A program made the translations under genes and the position numbers. Positions 37,601-46,804 of a stretch of DNA of 64,000 bases are shown here, one piece after another. Positions within the stretch are counted from its first letter, which is position 1. Every line of letters starts with the position of its first letter. The stretch is from a virus. Its lineage: Duplodnaviria; Caudoviricetes. Location of the stretch: positions 1-64,000 of the IMG/VR virus record IMGVR_UViG_645948442_000001. One strand, given 5' to 3'. The notes beneath the pieces were generated by a model, which saw only the letters and a list, made by a program, of their open reading frames with translations, was not told where the DNA came from and did no database searches.

Positions 37601-38305
37601 TCAGTCGATCTTGAACTTTCCGGTCATGGACCGCACCTTGGTCTCCAGGGGCTTCAGCTTGGCGACCAGAGCCTTGTGGTCGGTCTTCAGCTTTTGCATT
37701 TCCGCGTTGCTGGCGGATACAGCAGCCCGGTCACCAGACAGTTCCGTGTCGCCATGCTTGCGGGAGTTGGCCTGCATCTTGTCATTGATGACGTCCATTT
37801 GCTGGTTGATCTTTTTGATCTCAGCCTTGAGCTTCTTCACCTCAGGGGTGTCAGCCGCTTCATGGAGTCCAACGCGAAAGGCATTGAGAATCGACTCAGC
37901 CAGAGTTTCCTTCAGGGCCTCGTTGACCTTGCCCTTCTTGTCAGCAAACTCGCAGTTGTCGTTTTCCTTCTTGGCGTCAGGCTGACCATTGCTAGCAGGC
38001 GCTCCGTCAATCTTCGGGCCACCCTTCGTGCCGTTCGGGGTACCATTGGGGCTACCCTTGCCGTTAGCATCCTTGGGATCAGGAGCGCGCTTGTCGGGCA
38101 GACCTTCACCCTTGTTGGGGTTGGGGCTGCCGGCGCCCAGCGGGTTGGCTTCAGACTTCTTGGTCTTGTCACCAATGCCAGCCGTGTCAGCCACTCCATT
38201 CGGGGTGCCGTTGGGGTTGCCCTTGCCGACCAGATCCTTGTTGGCGCTTTCGGTCAGCTTCTTGGCGAACAGGGCACCGAAACCCTCAGTCTTGAACATA
38301 TTCAT
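37601..38305 (-). CDS. Hypothetical virion protein with Gly/Pro/Asn repeats and C-terminal coiled coil
   Basis: Between gp19 and gp20; GKG(N/S)PNGTPNG twice; L-x-E motifs. Confidence 0.7.
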   Translation of the reverse strand: MNMFKTEGFGALFAKKLTESANKDLVGKGNPNGTPNGVADTAGIGDKTKKSEANPLGAGSPNPNKGEGLPDKRAPDPKDANGKGSPNGTPNGTKGGPKIDGAPASNGQPDAKKENDNCEFADKKGKVNEALKETLAESILNAFRVGLHEAADTPEVKKLKAEIKKINQQMDVINDKMQANSRKHGDTELSGDRAAVSASNAEMQKLKTDHKALVAKLKPLETKVRSMTGKFKID

Positions 38306-38346
38306 ATGAATCTCCTATGAGGGGCTGTCAGCCCCATTGCCTTTGC

Positions 38347-38874
38347 TTATCGCGTCGTGTTCGACTCAAGGTACATGTAACGGAAGGTCACAGTGAACTC
38401 CGAGAACGAGTCCATGGAGCCAGAGTCCATTTCCATGCCAGAAACCAGAGTGGGGAAGGCATCCTTCAGCACATAGGTCTTGGTGGGGTTGTCGTTGCTG
38501 TCCAGCAGGTCCAGTTGGATGTCTCGGACGATGTCGATCAGCGCAGACAGACCAGTGTTGGAGTTGGAGCCGTTGATGGCTTCAGACCAACGCTCGAAAG
38601 CATTGCGGGTCTCCATGTCGTTCACACCAATGAACGTCACGCTGAATTCCTCGTATGTGCGGTCACCCGGCACAGGGAGGATACGACCGCCCCAACCCAC
38701 TTCCATCACACCCAGGGTGGAGGGAGGAGTCGTGGTAGTGCGAGCCAGCAGAGTCGTCTGGCGGATGGTCTCGTTGGTGGCGGCGTAGGTGGGGAAGTTC
38801 ACCATCACCGACCACTTGTTCTGGCGGACCAGGCCAGAGCGGATAGCACCGCGGAATTCGGTCAAATTGGCCAT
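38347..38874 (-). CDS. gp19: Tail tube protein gp19
   Basis: GRILPVPGDRTYE, R.AFERW...IN, AFPT.V, EFTVTF.Y. Confidence 0.95.
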   Translation of the reverse strand: MANLTEFRGAIRSGLVRQNKWSVMVNFPTYAATNETIRQTTLLARTTTTPPSTLGVMEVGWGGRILPVPGDRTYEEFSVTFIGVNDMETRNAFERWSEAINGSNSNTGLSALIDIVRDIQLDLLDSNDNPTKTYVLKDAFPTLVSGMEMDSGSMDSFSEFTVTFRYMYLESNTTR

Positions 38875-38934
38875 TCTATGCTCCTATGATCAATTGGGCT
38901 CAGAAACGGAGGCCCCTGCGGGCCTCCAGTTTCA

Positions 38935-41418
38935 TCAGGTCAGCTCAACCTCATCGAAGTTGATGCCAGGGCGCACTGCGTCGAAGTGGAGGTCAATCCA
39001 GTTGATGCTGTACAGCGGACGGATGCGGATGTGACCGACCATTCGGTTCTCAGCACGCACGTCAGGGCCGTTGTTGCGGTCGTCGCAGATCAGCTGGAAG
39101 TCCTCAAACGCCCGACCAGCCACCATGTTGCGGAGGAACGGGCGAGCCGCGTTCAACCACTGGTTGCGGGTGTAAGGGTCGTTGATTTCGAACAGGTACT
39201 GGCGGCTGAAGTTGGCCAGAGACTTCTGAGCAACGATGAACGCCATGCGCGTATTCACTCGGCTGAACGAGCTGGGACGCTGAGTGGACATCTTGTCACC
39301 GTACAGCACCATGCCTTCGCCGGGGAACGTCACAGCCGAGTTGACCCCGACCTTGTACAGCGTGTCACGGGAACCCTTGTTCGCCGACCAGGCCATGCGC
39401 TTGTAATTCTTGTACAGACCGCGCTGGTGGCCGGAGAAGTTGGTCCACGGATAGCCGTTGAGGGCAGCGCGTGCCTGCAGCCCAGCGGTGCCACCGCAGA
39501 TAGGGATCCAACGATCCTTGTCGTTGTACTTGTCGTAGATCAGGCCCCAGTTGTCGTTGTTGAACAGGTACGTGCTGTCACGGTTCACCTGGTTCACACG
39601 CCAATCGTGCACGGCCTCGGTCTCGCGACCCTTGTTGTTCACCACGTTGCGGAATTGGGGGCTCAGGTGACCCACAACGTCGCGACGGGTTTCAACCACA
39701 TCCACCAGCGCCTTTTGCTCACTGATGTTGCCAGCGATCCAGACATAGTTCACGTCCAGCGCTTCCGCGTTGTCCAGGAGCTTGATGCCCGTTTCCTTGG
39801 AAACAGTGTAGTCGTCCACGCCACCAGACAGTTCGATCGTGCCAGCCGCGAAGGGCTGAGCGCGGTCTGCCCAGTAGACGTAGCGGCTGGACTGGCGCAG
39901 GCTGTCGAAGATGTTCTTCAGCGTGCCATCAGCAAATTTGTCACCTGGCTTGGTCGTCTGGATTTCGTAACGCTCCAGCAGAGTGCCCAGTTGACCCTGG
40001 ACGCTCACGCCATACGTGAATTCCAGACCGGCTTGGGTCTCGGGGGTCACCAGCACAGGCTTCAGCCCAGCTTCCTTGTGGGCGAAGTGGATCGTGGTCC
40101 GCTCAACTCGGATGTCCTCGAACTCTTCGCTGAAGTCAGCATTGGCTGCCAGGGCAGTTGCAATCGCACTCGCCACCTGGGCCGTGGTCATCTGAGCAGT
40201 CACCAGGACGTTGGCACCGAAAACGGTGATCACGTCGTTACCGGGCGAACCGTTGGACACAACGGTCTCGACCATCGTGATGCCTTGGCGCTCAGCGGGC
40301 ACGGGGATAGCAGCCTGCGGACCCTTGGCCACCAGGTGGTAGGTCACGATGTCGTTCGTGCTGTCATACGCCACGTTGGTGATCACTTGGCTGGTGGCCG
40401 AAGCAGTCACGAACTTCTGGGACACGGCAGCGGAGGTGTCAGCCTCGGCAATCGTGAAAGTGAAGTCAGCGAAGATCACAGAGGAGCTCACTTGACCGTC
40501 ACCAGCGCGAGTCTGCTTGTTCAGTGCGTTTGCGCTGCCAGAACCACTGATCAAGACACTCTCGCCAACCAGGTCTTCGTAGTCGTACTTGATCGCGAAT
40601 GCGCCCATGTAGTTGTAGCCCACGCTGCTCGGCATGAACAGAGCAGGTTGCTTCATCATGGCTGCCACGATGCGGGGATACACGTCAGTGTCACTCTCAC
40701 CGGGCATGAACGGGACCATCAGGTCGCCGATAGGGACTTCGCCACCCTTGGCGTGATCGGTGATGGACAGCTTGAAGTCAGTGATCGCGTAGGTCTTGGT
40801 GGCAGGGCCGCCAGCAAACTTCAGAGAACGCACTTCTCTGGTCGGGGAGGCGTCAACCTCGCCATACACCGACAGGCTCTCGCGTTGCTTGCTGCGCCCT
40901 TGACCGGAGAAGCGGCCGGAGCCGTCAACGACAGCCACAGCATATTCACCAGCACCGGGCACATACTCGAAAGCCTGGGCGAATTCCCAGGTGGGGAAGC
41001 GAGCGGCGTCGGCGATATCCAGAGTCAGGCCGTTGCCCAGAGAGCCGGGATAGCGAGCAATCACGGTCTGACCGGGATGGATAGAGCCATCGAAGTCGTC
41101 TTCGTTGTTGATCAGAACAGCTTCGCCCACTGCGGTTGCGTTCTTGGCGTTCTTGCCCACCACACGAGTGAACCACATCTTGGCCGAGTAGGTCAAGAAG
41201 TCGATGGACGTCAGCATGTCCAGATACGTGGACTCGTCTGGCTTGTGGAACTTGGTCACCAGCTCAGCCTCGCCGCCAGTGATCAAAACGGGAGTGCCGG
41301 CAGGCCCCCAAGGTGTGTAACCGGCGGAACCGCCGATGTAGTCAGCTTGCTGGACAACCGCGAGGGACTGGAAGTCCGACTCGAAGATGTTCACAGACGG
41401 AGAGATGTAAAAAGCCAC
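38935..41418 (-). CDS. gp18: Tail sheath protein gp18 (enlarged, 827 aa)
   Basis: SPSVNIFE, WGP, ARYPGSLGN, YDKYNDKDRWIP, LYGDK, LFEIND, CDDRNN. Confidence 0.95.
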   Translation of the reverse strand: MAFYISPSVNIFESDFQSLAVVQQADYIGGSAGYTPWGPAGTPVLITGGEAELVTKFHKPDESTYLDMLTSIDFLTYSAKMWFTRVVGKNAKNATAVGEAVLINNEDDFDGSIHPGQTVIARYPGSLGNGLTLDIADAARFPTWEFAQAFEYVPGAGEYAVAVVDGSGRFSGQGRSKQRESLSVYGEVDASPTREVRSLKFAGGPATKTYAITDFKLSITDHAKGGEVPIGDLMVPFMPGESDTDVYPRIVAAMMKQPALFMPSSVGYNYMGAFAIKYDYEDLVGESVLISGSGSANALNKQTRAGDGQVSSSVIFADFTFTIAEADTSAAVSQKFVTASATSQVITNVAYDSTNDIVTYHLVAKGPQAAIPVPAERQGITMVETVVSNGSPGNDVITVFGANVLVTAQMTTAQVASAIATALAANADFSEEFEDIRVERTTIHFAHKEAGLKPVLVTPETQAGLEFTYGVSVQGQLGTLLERYEIQTTKPGDKFADGTLKNIFDSLRQSSRYVYWADRAQPFAAGTIELSGGVDDYTVSKETGIKLLDNAEALDVNYVWIAGNISEQKALVDVVETRRDVVGHLSPQFRNVVNNKGRETEAVHDWRVNQVNRDSTYLFNNDNWGLIYDKYNDKDRWIPICGGTAGLQARAALNGYPWTNFSGHQRGLYKNYKRMAWSANKGSRDTLYKVGVNSAVTFPGEGMVLYGDKMSTQRPSSFSRVNTRMAFIVAQKSLANFSRQYLFEINDPYTRNQWLNAARPFLRNMVAGRAFEDFQLICDDRNNGPDVRAENRMVGHIRIRPLYSINWIDLHFDAVRPGINFDEVELT

Positions 41419-41464
41419 GAAATGCTCCTTTCGATTCAGTACCTGTATTTAGTCAAGTGGAAAC

Positions 41465-43222
41465 TCAAGACCATCCAAATGGGTTGCGAGCAAAGGGGTT
41501 GCCTGAATGCATGGATCGCAATCCCAGTTCGGCATCCTCATCGTCGATCTCCTGGTCAAGGTGGAAACCGTGTATTGGGAGCATCGTCTTGGCATCATCC
41601 ATGCTTGCGGCTGCAGAGTGCATCGCACGCTGGATGTCTGTTGATGTGTACTCCTTGAACCACTCCTGCTTGACCAGCCAGGAGAACAGGAACATGGTGG
41701 CCACAGTGTCGTCGTGACAGCCTTCATCAGCTTCGAAACTCGAACCCTTCGCGATGAAGGTGCCCAGTTCAGCAATGATGTCGGAGTCCTCGATGATCAG
41801 GGTGTCTGCCTCGATCATTGCCTTCAAGTTGGCGCAACCGATGCCCTTCACAGGCTTGGTTGTCTTCAGGCCGGGTGCCCCGGCGCCCACTTGCAGGCTC
41901 AGGCCCTTCTTGGGGTCTGATTTGGAGCAGATCACACCCTCATACTCAAGCTCATAGAACGTGATGTAGGAGACTTGGCCGCCCACATCATTGTTGTTCT
42001 CGATCAGCACGGGGCAATCGTTGTACAGACCGCACAGGCTGACGATCTGATACGGGAACACGATGGGGGCGATCTCGTTGTTGCGGTACTTGGCCACAAC
42101 ACGGTACGGGATTTCAGTCACGTCAATGATGGTGCACACTGAATAGTCTGCCCCAACGCCACCGCCAGAGTCAGCGATTCCAATATATTTATGGTCATCA
42201 ACTGGCTCAACGAAAATCTTCAGGTGCTCATCCTCGCGCAGCGGGTTGATGAATCCCATGCGCTCCAGGGTCATGGGTGGGATCAAGCACCCAGATGAGC
42301 CCAGGAACGACAGCTCATGCTCCTGCTTGAACTTGGTCGGGCCGATCTTGCGGATGGACAGCTCCTTCCAGGCCTCATCTCGGCGTGGGTGCCGGTACCA
42401 TGGGACGGCCAGGCGGGCGAAGCCGTTGTACACATCAGAGTTGGGGTCCTCGGACTCCTTCCAGATTTTGTAGAACACACCACGGGCACCGTTGGGTGTG
42501 CTAGTCAGAATGGCCTTGGATGTATCGCCAGAGGACAGCACAGGGAATGTGGATGTCCAGAACTCTTCATCGCGCGCCGTGAAGGCTGATTCGTCCCAGT
42601 AGATGCCGTTCAGCGCTTTACCGCGAACAGTGTCTGGGTCACTGGTACCCGAGAACACCTTGGACATGTTCTCCAGTTCAACTTCAGCCAGGTTGAATCG
42701 CACAGCACCGATCTGCATGAAGTACGGCAGTTCCTGGAACATCACACGGTAGCGGTCCATCACTTCCAACGCGGCAGAAGACTTGTTGGCCAGCACAGCC
42801 CAGTTCTTCTCTTTGTTGAACAGAGTTTCCCACAGCAGGAAGGCCGCGACAGTGGTCGTATTGTGGGATGCAACGCCGTTGGTGTAGTAGATTTTGTCTT
42901 CACCAACCAGCTCTAGATCAAACATGTGCTCGGCATGACCTCTGAAACCAACGGAGACAACAGGAGACGGCCCGACACGAGTCGCCACCAATACGCCCAC
43001 AGTCAGCTCCTTCATGTACTTCTCGCTGCCGTCGGCCATCACGACGATGTGGTCGTCGGCACCTTCCAGCATCAGGCCGTTCGCCATCGCAATGTGATAG
43101 ATGCGATATGGCTCTGTCTTGTGGATGGCCTTGACGGGCTTCCAACCACCAGGCCCCTCGACTTCCCAGCCATCAGCCTCCAAGTCGAACGACCCCACAA
43201 ACTTGCGACTGGGTTTGTCCAT
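41465..43222 (-). CDS. gp17: Terminase large subunit, C-terminal part, fused behind a split-intein C fragment
   Basis: After ..VASHN|TTTVAAF come LANK, WDESAF, TSTPNG, DYSV, HDDTV. Confidence 0.93.
   Translation of the reverse strand: MDKPSRKFVGSFDLEADGWEVEGPGGWKPVKAIHKTEPYRIYHIAMANGLMLEGADDHIVVMADGSEKYMKELTVGVLVATRVGPSPVVSVGFRGHAEHMFDLELVGEDKIYYTNGVASHNTTTVAAFLLWETLFNKEKNWAVLANKSSAALEVMDRYRVMFQELPYFMQIGAVRFNLAEVELENMSKVFSGTSDPDTVRGKALNGIYWDESAFTARDEEFWTSTFPVLSSGDTSKAILTSTPNGARGVFYKIWKESEDPNSDVYNGFARLAVPWYRHPRRDEAWKELSIRKIGPTKFKQEHELSFLGSSGCLIPPMTLERMGFINPLREDEHLKIFVEPVDDHKYIGIADSGGGVGADYSVCTIIDVTEIPYRVVAKYRNNEIAPIVFPYQIVSLCGLYNDCPVLIENNNDVGGQVSYITFYELEYEGVICSKSDPKKGLSLQVGAGAPGLKTTKPVKGIGCANLKAMIEADTLIIEDSDIIAELGTFIAKGSSFEADEGCHDDTVATMFLFSWLVKQEWFKEYTSTDIQRAMHSAAASMDDAKTMLPIHGFHLDQEIDDEDAELGLRSMHSGNPFARNPFGWS
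42860..43222 (-). mobile_element. Split intein C fragment (121 aa)
   Basis: Block B-like EGADDH, block F MFDL, terminal YYTNGVASHN followed by Thr. Confidence 0.9.
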
Positions 43223-43270
43223 GTGTACTCCAAATGAAAAGGGCGGACCTTGCGGCCCGCCCCTTACTTA

Positions 43271-43402
43271 TCAACCCCGGCCATCAAGCTGCTGAACAGC
43301 CCACTCCCGGAATTCACTCCAGGTGTAGAAATCAGCAATCCTCATGGTGATGGGGTCTCCTCCCGCCTTGCGCAGCTTGATCTCAGTATCGCCCTGCACA
43401 CA
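43271..43402 (-). mobile_element. Split intein N fragment (43 aa)
   Basis: Block A CVQGDTEI beginning right after the Walker A Lys. Confidence 0.9.
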
Positions 43403-43738
43403 CTTGCCCATCTGCCGGGCTGTGCATGCTACTGAGAATCGGTTGTTCACATACATGTTGATCAGGTCGGCCTGATAGTCAAACAGCTCGAATGGCTGTA
43501 AACCATGGTCCACCGTCATGATGCGGCAGTATGTCTCGACGAAGTAGATGGGATCGAACAGACACTTGGCCAACTCCAGTGTCTGTTCATCGGTCAAGGC
43601 GATTTCAACCCCTGCCCGTTTCACCATCGGCTTGTCGGGCAGGACGTGGGCCTGGTACAGCTGCACGTCCTGCACTGGCCACTTTTTCTTGCCTCCATCC
43701 TTCATGCGAATGGGGCGACCCAGATCAGCCTTGGCCAT
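43271..43738 (-). CDS. gp17: Terminase large subunit, N-terminal part, fused to a split-intein N fragment
   Basis: KC..DPIYFVETYC.I, LFDYQ, ARQMGK then CVQGDTEI. Confidence 0.93.
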   Translation of the reverse strand: MAKADLGRPIRMKDGGKKKWPVQDVQLYQAHVLPDKPMVKRAGVEIALTDEQTLELAKCLFDPIYFVETYCRIMTVDHGLQPFELFDYQADLINMYVNNRFSVACTARQMGKCVQGDTEIKLRKAGGDPITMRIADFYTWSEFREWAVQQLDGRG

Positions 43739-44339
43739 CTGCCTTCACCTCTACATGCTGTGCCACAGGCAGCGGCTTGGGCTGGAACTTGGTGCCCGTG
43801 GAGCTCAAAGCCTGGAGCGTCCCGGCATTGTCCCTGAGCAGTTCCAGGATGGATGCCGTGGTGTGAGAACCCATGGTCCCGGACCCTGGTACAGCCCCAG
43901 CGTTAACGTTGACATTCACCCCACCCGAGACAGGGTTCTGAATCTCACTCAGCTTTTTCTGAATGTTCAGGACGTCCATTGCGATCGCCCTGGTGGTGTT
44001 GGCCAGAGCATTGAGAGAGTCGAAAGCGCGAGGGTGTTCAGTCTGCAGAGCAACCTGACTAGCCGTGCTCACAGCCTGCATCATGATGCCCAACAGGGCA
44101 GACATGTTGTCTCGAGACTTGTGATAGTCGTCGGCCACATCATCAGTGTCATTCGACTTGATATTGGACTTCAGCTGTTCGATGATCAGAGTCTGGCGTT
44201 CAGGAGGCAGTTCCTTGAACTCATCCAGGCTCATGCCCATCTCTCCAGCGGTCTGCCCCAACAGACCGTCAATCAAGGCTCGGTCATCAGAGGGTGGTCC
44301 GCCGATGCCCAATGCATCTTTGAGTGCGTCACGAGACAT
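43725..44339 (-). CDS. gp16: Terminase small subunit gp16
   Basis: DDY..SRDN, EHPRAFD, HTTASILELL; directly upstream of gp17. Confidence 0.82.
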   Translation of the reverse strand: MSRDALKDALGIGGPPSDDRALIDGLLGQTAGEMGMSLDEFKELPPERQTLIIEQLKSNIKSNDTDDVADDYHKSRDNMSALLGIMMQAVSTASQVALQTEHPRAFDSLNALANTTRAIAMDVLNIQKKLSEIQNPVSGGVNVNVNAGAVPGSGTMGSHTTASILELLRDNAGTLQALSSTGTKFQPKPLPVAQHVEVKADGQG

Positions 44340-45103
44340 TATTTCTTCACTTTCTTCTGGGAGTTGGACAGGCGTTTGTCTTGGGTGACGGCCGATCCAG
44401 AGTTGATGTGTTCAGTCTTCTGCTTGTCTGTGGCCGTCTCAACGAACTCCATGTCCGCGAAGGCAATGGCGGTCTCGGTCACAACACCCATGCTGACTGC
44501 TGGTTTATACAGGAAACCTTTGACTGTGAAACTCAGGATGATGTCCACATATCGGTTTTCCTCATACGATTGCTCGTAGTTATCCTGGAACACAGGGTTG
44601 CCTTCCAGGGTGAAGTTGATGTCCCTTTCGATGCCCGCCTCTCGTTGGTCGGTCACCGGGATGGAGATGGTTGGCTCAAACTGCACGACAATCGTCTCAC
44701 AGATCAAGCTGGCCTCCTCGATGGTGTGGGCCCGGATGTGCAACTCATATGTGAAGTTGTAGGGCCGGGGAGTCATGGTGACGTTGCGGCTGTAGGGGGC
44801 CTGGTCACTGATCTTCCCCGGATAGCTGCGCATCTGGGTCACACGGGCGTCGTCCAACATGAGGCCAGTCAACTCGAAGCTCATGGCAGGCAGATTCATG
44901 CCATGCTTGATCTCAGAGTCGTCCAGCTGCTGGTTGCGGATGTTGGCCCCGCCATACTTGATGGGGATGTCCACAATCGATACGACACCACGCTTGTCTT
45001 TGCGGGCGATCTTCACCCCAGACAGAAGGGCGCCGAGCAGGCCGGTGTACTTCTTGATCTGGCTCTCGCCCACTATCGTCTTCTCGCCAAACAGAATAGA
45101 CAT
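44339..45103 (-). CDS. gp15: Tail sheath stabiliser gp15
   Basis: IPIKYG, LPAMSFE, PYNFTYEL, QFEP, LSFTVKGFLY. Confidence 0.9.
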   Translation of the reverse strand: MSILFGEKTIVGESQIKKYTGLLGALLSGVKIARKDKRGVVSIVDIPIKYGGANIRNQQLDDSEIKHGMNLPAMSFELTGLMLDDARVTQMRSYPGKISDQAPYSRNVTMTPRPYNFTYELHIRAHTIEEASLICETIVVQFEPTISIPVTDQREAGIERDINFTLEGNPVFQDNYEQSYEENRYVDIILSFTVKGFLYKPAVSMGVVTETAIAFADMEFVETATDKQKTEHINSGSAVTQDKRLSNSQKKVKK

Positions 45104-45780
45104 CAGCAGCCCTCGAATGGGTTATTCTGGTCAAACTTGGGAGCGATGGCGTCGTGTCCGGCATCCTCAAGGTCAGAGCCCTGGTTTTGCTGGTCGCTGG
45201 GCTTCAGACCCAAAGCCTTGCTCATACCGTCGACAGCCTTATCGGACAGCATTTCACCGAAATCCTCACGACCCAGCTCATCGCCCACGAAGTCCTCATT
45301 GGATGGGTCGTAGGTCACGCATTCCAACCGCCAGACGTAGTTCTTACCATGCCGGTAATACTTGGGGTCCTCCTTGACCTTGCGGATACGCCACAGGGTC
45401 TTGGACATGGGCATGTAGATGACGTCATCCTCCAATGGTGCTGGGTTGGGGTCATTATTGGCTCGGGCCTCAACCTCAAACCGGGTCTTGGCCACTTGCA
45501 GGGTGCACTGGTCGGTGCTGATGAGACCAAACTTGCTGAACAGGTCACCGTCACCGTTGAAGTTGACCACATCGTACTGGTACATCTCAATCTCCCAGCC
45601 CTTCTGGTACTGGTTAGAGACAGACTCACGGTACAGGGGGTCCAGGGCCAGCTGTTCTTTGCGCATGAACAACACATCCTGCCCAGAAGCCTGGATGGAC
45701 TCAATGATCAAGGACTCAAGCAGGTCTTGCCCCTGGACTTGCCCCGCCGATGGGGAGTTGAGATAAGCATTCACTGCCAT
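45103..45780 (-). CDS. gp14: Neck protein gp14
   Basis: LIIESIQ..G, IEMY, GDGDLFSKFG, DVIYMP, NPF. Confidence 0.92.
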   Translation of the reverse strand: MAVNAYLNSPSAGQVQGQDLLESLIIESIQASGQDVLFMRKEQLALDPLYRESVSNQYQKGWEIEMYQYDVVNFNGDGDLFSKFGLISTDQCTLQVAKTRFEVEARANNDPNPAPLEDDVIYMPMSKTLWRIRKVKEDPKYYRHGKNYVWRLECVTYDPSNEDFVGDELGREDFGEMLSDKAVDGMSKALGLKPSDQQNQGSDLEDAGHDAIAPKFDQNNPFEGC

Positions 45781-45790
45781 GGTCGGTTCC

Positions 45791-46552
45791 TCAGAAGATG
45801 TAGATCATGTCCACTGCCTCGTCTTTGAGGCGTTGGAGACAAGTTGCTTCCTCCTCCTTCCCCTCACGGTACAAGGAGTCGCCGTCGACCGTGATGTCTC
45901 CTGGGAGAGTCATACCCTGAAACTTGCGCAGGTTCATGCCCCAGGTCTGTTTCACCAGAGCCGTCGACAGCTCTTTCAGCGTTTCGTTGTCGAAGAACAG
46001 AGAACTGTCCACTCGATTGGGCTCTGTGAGTTCGGGGTCCACTCGCTCTATGGTGCGCAAAGCATATGGTCGATCCGTTTGCACCTTGAACTTGAAGATC
46101 AGGCGGCGCTGGGCATGCACATAGTGGAAGTGGGGGTTGCCGCGCAGCACCTGCTTCGTGTTCAGGATACGTTGTTGAGCCCCCACGTAGTCCACCAGGC
46201 TGATGGGCAGGAAGCGGTTGGAGCTCATAGTCACAGATGCCATCATCTGCCACTCGGCTGAGGCGAAGTTGCCGTTGCCGAAAATCTCAGTGCCGTGGAT
46301 GACTTCGATAACACTCTCCACCTGGTCAGGCAGGATGATGTAGCCGTTCTTGACGTCTTCTTCAGTCGGGCGGAAGGTGTATGCCGACTCGAAGGTAGCA
46401 TCGTAGTGCCAACGCCACACTTGCTTCATAGCGGTGTCGATGCAGTTTTGAATCTGGGCATCGGTCACGTTGACCTGGTTGATGGGGTGTCCCAAGTTCA
46501 TCAGGATGATGTTCTTGAGGTCTTCGCGGGAACGGGAACGGTTCAGCATCAC
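45791..46552 (-). CDS. gp13: Neck protein gp13
   Basis: LGHPINQVNVTDAQI, HYD, ALVKQTWGMNLRKF.GMTLPG. Confidence 0.93.
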   Translation of the reverse strand: MMLNRSRSREDLKNIILMNLGHPINQVNVTDAQIQNCIDTAMKQVWRWHYDATFESAYTFRPTEEDVKNGYIILPDQVESVIEVIHGTEIFGNGNFASAEWQMMASVTMSSNRFLPISLVDYVGAQQRILNTKQVLRGNPHFHYVHAQRRLIFKFKVQTDRPYALRTIERVDPELTEPNRVDSSLFFDNETLKELSTALVKQTWGMNLRKFQGMTLPGDITVDGDSLYREGKEEEATCLQRLKDEAVDMIYIF

Positions 46553-46752
46553 TTGCTCCTGAGGATTTTCAAAATTTCACCGATGTCTCTTTTCAGCCCC
46601 GCAACTTCTTGCTCTAGGGCTTCCATCCTGGATTCCTTCTCAGCAAACTTGCGACGCTGCTCAACGAAAGCCAGGTAGGATTCTCTGTCTGTGTTCACAA
46701 TGGCTGAACCGCGACGGCGCAGCTCCGGGTGCCCTTCTACCTTCACATCCAT
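46549..46752 (-). CDS. Small coiled-coil protein of the type found upstream of gp13 in T4-like phages
   Basis: KVEGH.EL.R...AIVNTD..Y; late box at 46799-46805. Confidence 0.75.
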   Translation of the reverse strand: MDVKVEGHPELRRRGSAIVNTDRESYLAFVEQRRKFAEKESRMEALEQEVAGLKRDIGEILKILRSK

Positions 46753-46804
46753 ATCACACTCCAAAAGGACAAAGGGCGGACCCTACGGCCCGCCCTCGTA
46801 TTTA

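Noticed and set aside
43223-43270. Homing endonuclease or intron between the terminase halves
   Set aside because: The gap is only 48 nt and consists of a promoter, a hairpin and an SD.
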